Under the pieces are notes generated by a model. It saw nothing but the letters and a program-made list of their open reading frames with translations, searched no databases and was not told where the DNA came from. Shown piece by piece: positions 1 to 10,020 of a stretch of 64,000 bases of DNA. Every line of letters begins with the position of its first letter. Position 1 is the stretch's first letter. The stretch is taken from assembly GCA_963735885.1 (NCBI GenBank), contig CAVTMP010000010.1, forward strand, positions 95,016-159,015. The letters are read 5' to 3'. The stretch comes from an uncultured Solirubrobacterales bacterium (GTDB lineage Bacteria; Actinomycetota; Thermoleophilia; Solirubrobacterales; Solirubrobacteraceae). The position numbers were made by a program, and so were the translations under genes.

Positions 1-21
1 AGTCCCGCCCGCGGGCCGCGC

Positions 22-1402
22 GTGTCCGAGCCGCTCTCGCCCGCCGACCGCTCGGCGCTGGCCGCCGAGCAGGGCCCGGTCCGGATGACGGTCGGCGCGA
101 CGCTCGTCTTCGAGGGCGGCCCGGGGCTCGAGCGCGACGCCGTCGCGGCCCGCGTGGCGGAGCGCATCCATCTCGTGCCGCGCCTGCGCCAGCGCCTCGC
201 CGCGCCGCCGGGCGGGCTCGTCCCGCCCACCTGGGTCGACGACGCGGAGTTCGACCTCGCCCGCCACGTCCGCCGCGTCCGCCTCGCCCCGCCCGGCGAC
301 GGCGCGGCGCTCGCCCGCCTGACCGGGCGTGGAGATGGCGCGCCCGCTCGACCGCGCCCGACCGCTCTGGGAGCTGCTGGTCGTCGACGGGCTCGAGGAC
401 GGCCGCGTCGCCCTCGTCGCCCGGCTCCACCACGCGCTCGTGGACGGCCTCGCGGCGGTGGCGATCGCCGCCGTCCTGCTCGACCCCTCGCCCGACCCGC
501 CGGCCGTGGAGCCGCCCGCGGACCCCTGGCGTCCCCGGCCCGTCGAGCTGCGGCGGACGCTCACCGGGATCGTCGCCGCCCCCATCGCCCGCGGCGCGGA
601 GCTGGCCGGCGAGGTGGTGGAGCGGCTGCTGGACGCCGACCCGCGGCGGACGGCCGACGACGCCGCGCACGCCGCCGAGCTCGTCGCGGAGCTCGCGCGG
701 ACGCGGCCCCAGGCGCCGCGTCTGCCGTTCAACGGCCGGCTCTCCGCCGGCCGCGCCTACGCGCCGGTCACGTGGCCGCTCGACGAGGCCAAGCGGGTCG
801 CGGACGCGGCCGGGGGCAAGGTGGGCGACGTCGTCCTCGCCGCGGTCACCGGGATGCTGGAACGCTGGCTGGCCGAGGCCGGCGCGACGCTGCCGGACGG
901 CCGCGACCCGGTCGCCCTCGTTCCGCTCAGCGTCCGCACCGAGGGCGAGCAGGGGGGCAACCGCTTCTCCACGGTTCTCGTCGACCTGCCGGTCTCCGAG
1001 CCCGACCCGCGCGAGCGCCTCCGGGCCGTTCGCGCGCAGATGGTCGCGCTGCACGAGTCGGCCGCGGTGCGGGCCGGGGCGCTGATGGTCGGGGCGGCGG
1101 GGGCGGGACCGCCGATCGTCGCCGAGGTCGTCACCCGCGCGCTCGGCACGGTGCGGGCCTTCAACCTCGTCGTCTCCAACGTCCCCGGCCCCCAGTTCCC
1201 GCTGTGGATGAACGGCGCGCGGCTGCTCGCCCTGCACCCCGCCGTGCCGCTCAACCCGGCCCACCAGCGACTCAACGTCGGGGTGCTCTCCTACGACGGA
1301 CGTCTCGGGTTCGGGATCCTGGCCGACGGCCGGCTGGCGCCCGGCGCCGCCGCGGCCGCCGCGGCGCTGGACGCCGCGCTGGAGGAGCTCGGGGCGATCT
1401 GA
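22..1402 (+). pseudogene. Wax ester synthase/diacylglycerol acyltransferase (WS/DGAT), one frame change as sequenced
   Basis: The N-terminus (MSEPLSPADRSALAAEQ...PTWVDDAEFDLARHVRR) lies in the frame starting at GTG 22. The rest, including PLWELLVV and the acyltransferase motif HHALVDG, lies in the 329..1402 frame. The junction near 325-330 needs a 1-nt correction. Confidence 0.8.
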
Positions 1403-1516
1403 GGGGCGGGGCGCCGCGATCGACCGGACTTCCGTCCACCTCGTGGTGCCGATGCGAACACCGGCGCGACGACGCCCCGATTCCCGTTAAGGTCCCGCGA
1501 AGCCGGAACCCCCCGG

Positions 1517-2170
1517 ATGCCGCCCCGCCCACGCCGCCTACTCCTCGTCCCGCTGCTCGCGGCCGCGCTCGCCGCCCCCACGGGCGCCGCGGCGGCGACC
1601 CCCTGCGACGGCGCCGACGAGGTGCCGCAGGCCGGCGACGGCACGGTGCCGGCGCTCGGCGTCCTGTGCCTCGTGAACCGGGCGCGGGGGGATCGCGGCC
1701 TCGGGCGGTTGCGACCGGAGGCCCGGCTCGGACACGCGGCCCGCGTCTACAGCCGCGCCATGGTCGTCCGCCGGTTCTTCGCCCACGACGGGCCGCTGGG
1801 CGACCCGGTCTCGCGCCTGCGTCGCAGCGGGTACATCCGGGCCGGACAGGGATGGGCGATCGGCGAGAACATCGCCTGGGGCTCCGGCCGGCTCGCCTCG
1901 CCGCAGTCCGTCGTGCGCTCCTGGCTGCGCAGCCCCGGCCACCGCGCCAACATCCTCGCCACGGGCTTCCGCGAGATCGGCATCGGCGTCGCGCTCGGCA
2001 CGCCGTTCGGGCGGAGCGGCGCGACCTACACGCAGGAGTTCGGCGCCCGCTCGGGGCACTCGGCGAGCAGGGCGCGCAAGCGCCGGCGGGGCGCGCACCG
2101 GCGGGGCGCGCGCCCGCGCCGCGGGCGCGGCGTGCGCGGCGCACGCGCTGACGGCGGGCGGATGCGCTAG
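1517..2170 (+). CDS. Secreted CAP/SCP (PR-1-like) domain protein
   Basis: Signal peptide [20 protein letters not shown], then the CAP core ([23 protein letters not shown]). It ends in an Arg-rich C-terminal tail. Confidence 0.8.
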   Translation: MPPRPRRLLLVPLLAAALAAPTGAAAATPCDGADEVPQAGDGTVPALGVLCLVNRARGDRGLGRLRPEARLGHAARVYSRAMVVRRFFAHDGPLGDPVSRLRRSGYIRAGQGWAIGENIAWGSGRLASPQSVVRSWLRSPGHRANILATGFREIGIGVALGTPFGRSGATYTQEFGARSGHSASRARKRRRGAHRRGARPRRGRGVRGARADGGRMR

Positions 2171-2171
2171 G

Positions 2172-3191
2172 TCAGGCCAGCCGCTTGCCGGTGAGCTGCG
2201 CGTGCGCGGCGACGTCGCGCGCGTACTCCGCGAAGCGGACGGTGGAGAGCTGCTGCGCCGCATCGCAGATCGCCTCCTCGGGGTGCGGGTGCACCTCGAC
2301 GATGATCCCGTCGGCGCCGACGGCGGCCGCGGCCCGGGAGAGCGGCTCGACCAGGCGCCGGTCCCCCGCCGCGTGCGAAGGGTCGACGATCACCGGCAGG
2401 TGCGAGTGCTGCTTGAGCCACGGAACGGCGCCGAGGTCCAGGGTGAAGCGCGTCGCGGTCTCGAAGGTGCGGATGCCGCGCTCGCAGAGGATCACCCGCT
2501 CCTCGCCCTCCTTGAGCACGTAGTCGGCCGCCTGGAGCAGCTCGTCGACCTTCGAGGAGAGGCCGCGCTTGAGCAGCACCGGCTTCCCGAGGCGCCCCGC
2601 GACCTCGAGCAGCGCGTAGTTCTGCATGTTCCGGGCGCCGATCTGGATGACGTCGGCGACCTCGGCCACGGCATCGGCGTGGCTCGCGTCGAGCAGCTCG
2701 GTGACGATCGGCAGCCCGGTCTCGGCGCGCGCCTCCGCGAGGATGCGCAGGCCCTCGGCGCCGAGGCCCTGGAAGGCGAAGGGGGAGGTGCGCGGCTTGA
2801 ACGCCCCGCCGCGCAGCATCGCCGCCCGCCCGTCCCGGACGGCGCGCGCCACCGCCAGCGTCTGGTCCCGGCTCTCCACGGTGCACGGGCCCGCGATGAG
2901 CGCGAAGGTCTCGCCGCCGCCGATGCGGTGGCCGGCGACCTCGAAGCTCGTCGGCTCGTGGTCGGAGAGCTCGGAGGACGCGAGCTTGTAGGGCCGCGAG
3001 ATGGGGACGACGCGATCGACGCCCGGCAGGCCCTCGAGCTCGAGCTCGGCGACCCGCTCGGGATCCCCGATGGCGCCGATCGCCGTGACCAGGTCGCCGG
3101 GCCAGACGAGCACGTGCACGCCGAGCGCCTCGAGGCGCTCGGTGACCGCGACGATCTCGGCGTCGCTCGCCCCGGGTGTCATGACGACCAT
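2172..3191 (-). CDS. aroF: 3-deoxy-7-phosphoheptulonate (DAHP) synthase, type I-beta with N-terminal regulatory domain
   Basis: ORF 2172..3638 trimmed to the ATG at 3191 ([10 protein letters not shown]...). Core motifs [25 protein letters not shown] and VDPSH are present. Its start overlaps the upstream stop (TGATG). Confidence 0.9.
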   Translation of the reverse strand: MVVMTPGASDAEIVAVTERLEALGVHVLVWPGDLVTAIGAIGDPERVAELELEGLPGVDRVVPISRPYKLASSELSDHEPTSFEVAGHRIGGGETFALIAGPCTVESRDQTLAVARAVRDGRAAMLRGGAFKPRTSPFAFQGLGAEGLRILAEARAETGLPIVTELLDASHADAVAEVADVIQIGARNMQNYALLEVAGRLGKPVLLKRGLSSKVDELLQAADYVLKEGEERVILCERGIRTFETATRFTLDLGAVPWLKQHSHLPVIVDPSHAAGDRRLVEPLSRAAAAVGADGIIVEVHPHPEEAICDAAQQLSTVRFAEYARDVAAHAQLTGKRLA

Positions 3192-3931
3192 CACGTTCGC
3201 GGCTCCGGAAGCAGGGTAAGCGCCGCGCCGTGCGCGGGCCGGATCGCGGCGAAGAGCGATCGAGAGGCCGGCAGCTCCACTACAGCCCCAACCCCTCCAC
3301 ACCCGGCTCGTCGTAGCCCGAGGTGGTGCGCCAGCTCGTGGCGCACGGTCCGGGTGACCTGCTCGCGGAGCAGGTCGGGGTCGTGGCCGAAGTCGCGCAG
3401 CAGGGTGTCCCGGTAGATCACGATCCGGTCGGGGACGTTGTCCCGGGCCACGCCGTCGCCGTGGTAGAGGCCGTAGGCGCGGCGGCGCCGCCCGCCGTCG
3501 GACACGACGACGGCCACGCCCTCGAGCGCGCGCGTGAACTCGGCCGGCAGGTCGTCGAGCGCCCGCTCGACGAGGATGCGGAACTCCGCCTCGTCGTAGG
3601 GGTCGAGGCCGAGGTCGTCCTCCTCGTCCTCCCCCCACTCGTCGTCCTCGGCGTCCTCCCCGGCGGCGAGCCGCTCGGAGCGCTCGACGATGCGGTCGAA
3701 CTCGGACTCGGAGACCGGCTCGCGCCAGCCGGCCATCCGCGAGGAGATCAGCGTGATGACGAAGGCGAAGAGCAGGATCGCGCCCGCGACGATGGCGAGC
3801 ACCTGGAGCAGGCGGAACGGCTGGCGGCTCGCGAGCCCGAAGACCACCGAGACGAGCCCGAGGCCGACGACGAGCGCCGCGAGCGCGGAGAGGACGACGC
3901 GGCGGGCGGTGGGCGATCCGGCGGCGCGCAT
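3191..3931 (-). CDS. Membrane-anchored zincin-like metallopeptidase (DUF1025/PF06262-like)
   Basis: ATG at 3931 (MRAAGSPTARR...), one TM helix, an acidic linker, then the HExxH motif VRHELAHHLG. The family-typical C-terminus (YDEPGVEGLGL*) is in the adjacent frame ending at 3280. A 1-nt insertion near 3317-3319 is therefore possible. Confidence 0.7.
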   Translation of the reverse strand: MRAAGSPTARRVVLSALAALVVGLGLVSVVFGLASRQPFRLLQVLAIVAGAILLFAFVITLISSRMAGWREPVSESEFDRIVERSERLAAGEDAEDDEWGEDEEDDLGLDPYDEAEFRILVERALDDLPAEFTRALEGVAVVVSDGGRRRRAYGLYHGDGVARDNVPDRIVIYRDTLLRDFGHDPDLLREQVTRTVRHELAHHLGLRRAGCGGVGAVVELPASRSLFAAIRPAHGAALTLLPEPRT

Positions 3932-3996
3932 GCCCTCCACTATGACGCGCGCGGCCCCGCGATCCGGCCGACCCCCGGCGCCCCGCCCCCGGCGGC

Positions 3997-5151
3997 CTAC
4001 CGCAGCGTGCGGGCGATCACGAGGCGCTGGATCTCGTTCGTGCCCTCGTAGATCTGGGTGATCTTCGCGTCGCGCATGAAGCGCTCGACCGGGTACTCGC
4101 TCACGTAGCCGTAGCCGCCGAGCACCTGGATCGCCTCGATCGTGACCGCCATCGCCGTGTCCGAGCAGAAGAGCTTGGCCATCGCCGAGTACTTGCCCAT
4201 GTCGGGCTCGTGGCGGTCGATCTTCGCGCACGCCTTGTAGAGCAGCTCGCGGCCGGCCGCGCAGCGGGTCTCCATGTCGGCGAGCTTGAACTGGATCGCC
4301 TGGAAGGCGTTGATCGGCTGGCCGAACTGCCTGCGATCCCGGGCGTAGCCCGCGGCGTAGTCGGTCGCCCCCTGCGCGATGCCCAGCGCCTGCGCGGCCA
4401 CCCCGAGGCGGGAGTGGTCGAGCGTCCCCAGCGCCACGCGCATGCCCTTCCCCTCCTCCCCGAGGAGGTTCTCCGCCGGCACCCGCACGCCGTCGAAGAT
4501 CGGCTGGCCGGTGGGCGAGCCGCGGATCCCGAGCTTGTGCTCGAGCTTGCCGACGCTGAAGCCCGGGCGATCCGCCTCGACGACGAACGCGGTGATGCCG
4601 CGAGAGTGGCCGGCCTCGCGATCGGTGACCGCGAAGACCACGTAGAAGTCGGCGATCCCGAGGTTCGTGATCCAGTTCTTCGTGCCGTCGATGACCCACT
4701 CGTCGCCGTCGCGCACGGCCCTCGTGATCATCCCGCCCGGATCCGAGCCGGCCTCCGGCTCGGAGAGGGCGAAGGCCGGCGTCCACTCCCCGGAGGCGCA
4801 GCGCGGGAGGAACCGCGTCCGCTGCTCCTCGGTGCCGAACAGGCGGATCGGGAGGGTGCCGAGCTCCTGGACCATGAGCATGAGCGCGGTCGAGGCGCAG
4901 GCCTTGCTCACCTCCTCGATGGCGAGGTTCAGCATCAGCGCGCCGGTCCCGGTGCCGCCGTGCTCCTCGTCGAACGGCAGCCCGAAGAGATCGTGCTCGG
5001 CGAACAGCTCCCGCAGGTCCCACGGGTACTCGGCCTTCGCGTCGATCTCGGCGGCGCGCGGCGCCACCCGGTCGGCGACGATCTGGCGGATCGTCTCGCG
5101 GAAGGCGAGGTGGTCGTCGCTGAGCGCGTAGACGTCGGAGACCGCGGTCAT
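3997..5151 (-). CDS. Acyl-CoA dehydrogenase
   Basis: Full-length 384-aa ORF with typical ACAD blocks (FALSEPEAGSD, GTKNWITN, QFGQPI, YEGTNEIQRLVIAR). Confidence 0.95.
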   Translation of the reverse strand: MTAVSDVYALSDDHLAFRETIRQIVADRVAPRAAEIDAKAEYPWDLRELFAEHDLFGLPFDEEHGGTGTGALMLNLAIEEVSKACASTALMLMVQELGTLPIRLFGTEEQRTRFLPRCASGEWTPAFALSEPEAGSDPGGMITRAVRDGDEWVIDGTKNWITNLGIADFYVVFAVTDREAGHSRGITAFVVEADRPGFSVGKLEHKLGIRGSPTGQPIFDGVRVPAENLLGEEGKGMRVALGTLDHSRLGVAAQALGIAQGATDYAAGYARDRRQFGQPINAFQAIQFKLADMETRCAAGRELLYKACAKIDRHEPDMGKYSAMAKLFCSDTAMAVTIEAIQVLGGYGYVSEYPVERFMRDAKITQIYEGTNEIQRLVIARTLR

Positions 5152-5270
5152 CGGCGGCGGATCATAGGGCGGCCGATCGCCCGCCGTCCTCCGCGCCGGC
5201 GGCGTCGGGGGCGGGGTCGCCCGTCCCGCCGTCGGGCCGGCGCGCCGCGGCCGTGGCTAGGCTCCCGGCC

Positions 5271-5477
5271 ATGACGATCGGCGCCTCGCTCTTCCTCATC
5301 GCCGTCGGCGCGATCCTGCGCTACGCGGTGACCGACAGCGTCAAGGGCGTGGACCTGCAGACGGTCGGCGTCATCCTCATGGTCGTCGGGGTCGTCGGCC
5401 TGCTGCTCGGGATCGTCATGGAGGTCATGGGCCGACAGGATCGCGGCGGCCCGCCGCCGCGCCCCCCACGGGCCTGA
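5271..5477 (+). CDS. Small two-TM membrane protein (DUF6458-like)
   Basis: ATG at 5271 (MTIGASLFLIAVGAILRYAV...), two hydrophobic helices and a Pro-rich tail. A TAGGCT box sits 7 nt upstream, suggesting a leaderless mRNA. Confidence 0.6.
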   Translation: MTIGASLFLIAVGAILRYAVTDSVKGVDLQTVGVILMVVGVVGLLLGIVMEVMGRQDRGGPPPRPPRA

Positions 5478-5480
5478 CCC

Positions 5481-6023
5481 TCACACGGTCACGCCGCCGC
5501 CCTGGCCCGGCGCCCCGCCGGGCGTGGCGCCGGGGTCGAAGCGCCGCCACTCGACGATCCGGCCGCCCCTGATGCGGAAGGCGACCCCGGCGTGCGCGCC
5601 GACGCCGCCGGCGCAGTCGGCGCCGGGGCCCCGGCGCTCGACGAGCACGAACTCGGCGAGCACGTAGCCGTGATGGGCGCCCGTCCGCGTGACGCGGGCC
5701 CCGCACGGCAGGCCGGCGTTGAAGGCGCGCACCGCGGCCCGGCTGCGGAGGGTCCGCGGCGGGGTGCCGTTGGCGACGACGCTCGGCACGGCGAAGAGCG
5801 CCACGGCCTCCTCGACCTTCCCGGCGCGCAGGTCGTCGGCCCAGGCGCGGATCACGGCGGCGGGGTCGCGCGGCCGGTCGGCGGCGCCCATGTGCGGGGG
5901 GCGGTGCTCGCCGGATCCGCCGCCGGCGGACCCGCCGCCGCCGGACCCGCCGCAGCCCGCCGACCCGGCCACGAGGACGGCGCCCACGAGGGCGAGGGCC
6001 GGGGCGACGAGCGGGCGCGGCAT
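5481..6023 (-). CDS. Lipoprotein of unknown function (SnoaL/NTF2-like fold guess)
   Basis: Signal peptide with lipobox (LVAGSAGC) and a Gly/Ser linker. Codon third positions are consistent with coding. Confidence 0.6.
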   Translation of the reverse strand: MPRPLVAPALALVGAVLVAGSAGCGGSGGGGSAGGGSGEHRPPHMGAADRPRDPAAVIRAWADDLRAGKVEEAVALFAVPSVVANGTPPRTLRSRAAVRAFNAGLPCGARVTRTGAHHGYVLAEFVLVERRGPGADCAGGVGAHAGVAFRIRGGRIVEWRRFDPGATPGGAPGQGGGVTV

Positions 6024-6084
6024 CGTTCCCAGACTACGCGGCGCTCCCGGCGCGGGGTCAGGGCCCGGCGCCGGCGTCCGCCGC

Positions 6085-6906
6085 CTACAGCCCCGTCGGA
6101 TGGCGGACGGTGAACCCGCCGTTCGAGCGCAGGGCCTTCTGCCAGCGCGAGCCGGTGTCGCTCCCGCGCATGCTCGTGTCGAACCGGAGGCCGGCGACCG
6201 TCATGTAGGCGTGGCCGCCGTTCGCGTAGATCGTGATCCAGCGACCCTTCCCGCCCCGGCCCCATCCGGCGAGATCGCCCGAGGTGAGCTGGGTGTTCAG
6301 CAGGCGCCCGCCGTGGAGCGCGTAGGAGACCGAGCCCGAGCAGTCGTAGCCGGAGGAGGACCACGAGCCGTGGCCGCCGCCGTACACGTAGGGCTTGTGC
6401 GCGATCCGGTTGCCGGCCGCGATCACGTCGCGCACGACGTCCGGCGCGTCGAGCGGCGGGATCGCGGTGCCGTCGGCGGCGAGCTTCGCCTTCCCCACGA
6501 CGCCGCCGTCCCGCGGACGCTGGCCGACCGCGGCCCCGCCCGGGCCGCCGCCGAGGTCGGCGGCGATGTGCGCCACACGGGCCCGGAGGCGGCGCGCGTC
6601 GGCCGGCGTGACGACGCCGTCGACGCGGACCCGGACGGCCCGCTCGAAGCGCCGGACCGAGCGACCGGTCGTGGCGTCGAAGGCGCGGGTGACCGGGGTC
6701 TCGACCCGCGCGCGGGTGAGGTACTGCTGCAGCACGCCCACGTCGCGACCCGTCGCGCCGGGCGCGAGGGTGCGCTCGCCGAGGCGGGTCACGCCGCGCG
6801 CCTGCGAGGGCACGGCGACGAACGCCGCCAGCGCGGCGACGGTCATGAGCGCGACGGCCGGCATGGCGTGGCGCGCGCGCAGCATCGAGACGGCATGGGT
6901 GCTCAC
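6085..6906 (-). CDS. Secreted peptidoglycan-binding domain plus NlpC/P60-like cell-wall hydrolase
   Basis: Signal peptide, a PG_binding_1-like segment (GDVGVLQQYL), and a C-terminal KPYVYGGGH...GYDCSGSVSYAL catalytic-Cys block. It is preceded by a ydaO-type riboswitch. Confidence 0.8.
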   Translation of the reverse strand: MSTHAVSMLRARHAMPAVALMTVAALAAFVAVPSQARGVTRLGERTLAPGATGRDVGVLQQYLTRARVETPVTRAFDATTGRSVRRFERAVRVRVDGVVTPADARRLRARVAHIAADLGGGPGGAAVGQRPRDGGVVGKAKLAADGTAIPPLDAPDVVRDVIAAGNRIAHKPYVYGGGHGSWSSSGYDCSGSVSYALHGGRLLNTQLTSGDLAGWGRGGKGRWITIYANGGHAYMTVAGLRFDTSMRGSDTGSRWQKALRSNGGFTVRHPTGL

Positions 6907-6928
6907 GTCGGGAGGTCCCTTCTTCGTT

Positions 6929-7082
6929 CCGGCGCCTACGGGGTTAGCTGACGGGCTCGCGCCGAACGACTGGCGCTACGCCGGGACTGGAGCCCGGCGA
7001 TTCGCCCCGCGGGACGGCGCTCTCGGCCGTCCCCGTGGGTCCCCCGCTCCCGGCCGCCTGAACGGGCCGGGACTCGGCTTCT
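6929..7082 (-). promoter_or_regulatory. Cyclic-di-AMP riboswitch (ydaO-yuaA class) in the 5' leader of the NlpC/P60 gene
   Basis: The minus-strand RNA contains the conserved ydaO blocks GAGCGGGGGACCCA, GGGGCGAAUC and GCCCGUCAGCUAACCCCGUAGGCG in the right order. It lies 20-30 nt upstream of the GTG at 6906. Confidence 0.8.
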
Positions 7083-7232
7083 CAACTGACTGTCGGGGAG
7101 ACAACCGCCCCGCGCTCCGTTCGTTTCGCCTGTGTGAGCAGGCGCACACACGCCCGGCGACCCGGCCGGCGGCGGTCGTCGGCGCCGGAGGCCGGTCTCG
7201 CCACGCGATCCCGGGCCGTAGTCTGCGGCCCG

Positions 7233-8796
7233 ATGACCTGGGAGCCGGAGCTCGAGGAGCTGCGCCGCCGTGAGGCGCTCGCCGCGCAGATGGGCGGGGT
7301 CGAGCGCGTCGCCCGGCAGCACGAGACCGGCCGGCTCACCGTCCGCGAGCGGATCGAGCGGCTGCTCGACCCGGGCACGTTCCGCGAGGCCGGCGGCATC
7401 GCCGGGTCGCGCGCACTACGGGGCCGACGGCGCCCTGGAGGCCTTCACGCCGGCGAACATGGTCGTCGGTCGCGGTCGGATCGCGGGCCGCCGGGCGGTG
7501 ATCCAGGCGGACGACTTCACGGTCCGCGGGGGCGCGGCCGACGCCGCCATCTGGGAGAAGATGGTCTGGGCCGAGCGCGCCGCGCACGACGGGCGCGTCC
7601 CGCTCGTCCGGCTCGTCGACGGCACCGGCGGCGGCGGGAGCGTCCGCTCGCTCGAGTCGATGGGCTTCACCTACGTGCCGGTCATCCCGGGCTGGGACCT
7701 CGCGGTGGAGAACCTCGCGACCGTGCCGGTCGCCACCGCCGCGCTCGGCCCGACCGCCGGCCTCGGCGCCGCGCGCGTCGTCGCGTCGCACTTCTCGGTG
7801 ATCGTCCGGAACACCGCGCAGCTCTTCGTCGCCGGCCCGCCGGTCGTCGCCGCCGCGATGAACGAGACGCCGGACAAGGAGACCCTCGGCGGCGCCCGCG
7901 CCCAGACCCGCGCCGGCGCGGTCGACAACGAGGCCGCCGACGAGGACGACGCCCTGGGCCAGATCCGGCGGTTCCTCGCCTACCTCCCGCCCAACGTCTG
8001 GACCGCGCCGCCGATCCTGGCGTGCGACGACCCACCCGAGCGCGCCGACGAGGAGCTCGTCGAGATCGTCCCGCGCGACCGACGCCGGCCCTACAAGGTC
8101 CGGCGCCTGCTCGCCGGCGTCTTCGACCGCGACTCGCTGTTCGAGGCCGGCGCCCGCCAGGGCCGCTCGCTGCTCACCGCTCTCGCCCGCCTCGACGGCC
8201 GCCCGGTCGGCGTGCTCGCGAGCGATCCCGTCCACTACGGCGGCGGGCTGACCGCCCAGGCGGCCGACAAGCTCGCTCGCTGGGTCGACCTCTGCGACCA
8301 GTTCCACCTCCCGCTCGTGAACCTCGTCGACCAGCCGGGCTTCGTGATCGGCACCGAGGCCGAGCGCGCGAACACGATGCGCCGCGGCGCCCGCGCGCTC
8401 GCCGCGGTCTACCAGGCGTCGGTGCCCTGGGCCACGGTCGTCGTGCGCAAGGCCTACGGGATCGCCGGCGCCGCGCACGCGAACCACGCGCGCCACAACC
8501 TCCGCGTCGCCTGGCCCTCGGGCGACTGGGGCTCGCTCCCGCTCGAGGGCGGGATCGAGGCCGCCTACCGGCGCGAGCTCGAGGCCGCGGAGGACCCGGT
8601 CGCGCTGCGCGCCGAGATCGAGGCGCGCCTCGATGCGGTCCGCTCCCCCTTCCGGACCGCCGAGCGCTTCGGCATCGAGGAGATCATCGACCCGCGGGCC
8701 ACCCGCGCGCTGCTCTGCGAGTGGGCCGCCGACGCCCACGAGCTCGTGACCCACGAGCTCGCCGCCGGCCCCAAGCGCCGCGGGCCGCGACCCTGA
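7233..8796 (+). pseudogene. Acyl-CoA carboxylase carboxyltransferase (beta) subunit, one frame change as sequenced
   Basis: The N-terminus MTWEPELEELRRREALAAQMGG...LLDPGTFREAGGIAG is in the ATG-7233 frame. The remainder (HYGADGALEAFTPANMVVGRGRIAGR...GGARAQTR...) is in the 7270..8796 frame. The junction is near 7400-7412. Confidence 0.85.
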
Positions 8797-8811
8797 CGGG
8801 GCGCCGGCCGC

Positions 8812-9507
8812 TCAGGCGCGCCCGCCGATGAAGTGGGCCGACGCGCCGGGCGGCGCGAAGCGGCCCAGCACCATGCCGAGCAGCGGGGCGAGGACGATCC
8901 ACGAGGTGAGCGTCAGCGTGGTGTCGACGAAGGCGAGCGGCAGCGTGACGGTGAAGATGATGACCGGCACGCTGGAGGCGAGCAGGCCCCAGCGGTAGAC
9001 GTCGTCGGGCAGCACCCGGCGCAGCAGGCCGGCGCGCCGGGCGTGGGCGAAGAGCACGGTCTCCATCCCCGACACCACGCCGAGCACGACGGCGAAGGCG
9101 ACGACGGAGATCGGGTTGCCCTCGTACTCGCCCACCAGCGCCGTCGGGAACGGCAGGAAGGCCACGAAGCCGAGGTAGACGAGGTTCAGCCCGAGGTAGC
9201 GGGAGTCGACCGCGCGCAGCTGGGCGAAGAAGAGGTGGTTCGCCAGCCAGTAGCGGCCGATCAGCACGAAGGCGATGAAGAAGCTGATGATCTTCGGGAT
9301 CCGGTCGTTCAGCCCGTCGAGCAGCGCGGAGACGCTGCCCTCCTGCCCCTTGACGAGACCGGGCACGCCGACCTCGAGGACGAGCAGGGTGAGCGCGATG
9401 GCGAAGACCGCGTCCGTGAAGAAGCCGGCGCGGTCGAACTCGAGGCCCGCGGCGCGCTCCCACGCCCCCTCGGGCAGCGGACGGGTCTCGTCGCGCACCT
9501 CCGCCAT
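8812..9507 (-). CDS. TMEM175-family (DUF1211) potassium channel
   Basis: 231-aa, 6-TM ORF with the family-typical FFTDAVFAIALTLLVLE first helix. Confidence 0.8.
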   Translation of the reverse strand: MAEVRDETRPLPEGAWERAAGLEFDRAGFFTDAVFAIALTLLVLEVGVPGLVKGQEGSVSALLDGLNDRIPKIISFFIAFVLIGRYWLANHLFFAQLRAVDSRYLGLNLVYLGFVAFLPFPTALVGEYEGNPISVVAFAVVLGVVSGMETVLFAHARRAGLLRRVLPDDVYRWGLLASSVPVIIFTVTLPLAFVDTTLTLTSWIVLAPLLGMVLGRFAPPGASAHFIGGRA

Positions 9508-9664
9508 CGGCCCGCATCATCCCCGGCCGGCCCGACGGCTCGCCACCGTGCCGGGCGGCGAGCGCCTTCCGCGACCCGGAGGCCGACCTCGCGCCGGCCG
9601 AGGCGAAGCGGCGGCTCGACGCCGGGGAGATCCGAGGGCGGCCGGGTCGCCGACCACCGAGGAA

Positions 9665-9868
9665 TCAGAGCACGTTGACGTCCGTCGCCTTCGGGCCCTT
9701 GTCGCCGGCCTCCTCCTCATAGGAGACCTTCGCGCCCTCGGCGAGCGACTTGTAGCCCTGCGTGTTGATGGCCGAGTAGTGGACGAAGAGGTCCTGACCG
9801 CCTTCGTCCGGCGTGATGAACCCGAACCCCTTGTCGTCCCTGAACCACTTCACCGTTCCGGTCGGCAC
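9665..9868 (-). CDS. cspA: Cold-shock protein (CspA family)
   Basis: GTG at 9868 gives a 67-aa product with the motifs [15 protein letters not shown] and DLFVHYSAI. An AGGAGG sits 9 nt upstream. About 150 nt of untranslated leader lies upstream. Confidence 0.9.
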   Translation of the reverse strand: MPTGTVKWFRDDKGFGFITPDEGGQDLFVHYSAINTQGYKSLAEGAKVSYEEEAGDKGPKATDVNVL

Positions 9869-10020
9869 CGATCCGCACCTCCTACGACGTGCCGCGACGC
9901 GGAGCATCCCCAGCGGGCCACACCAGCGAGCGCCGGCACTCACTTTCGCCGGACGTCCCCGGCCTGACGGCGCGCACGGTACCACCACCGCCCGGCGGGT
10001 CGCCGGCGCGGGCGGACGGG

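Noticed and set aside
9869-10020. Cold-shock 5'-UTR thermosensor or cold-box upstream of cspA
   Set aside because: A roughly 150-nt leader is plausible from the gene spacing. However, I could not identify a conserved cold-box or alternative-structure pair by eye, so the evidence is insufficient to call it.
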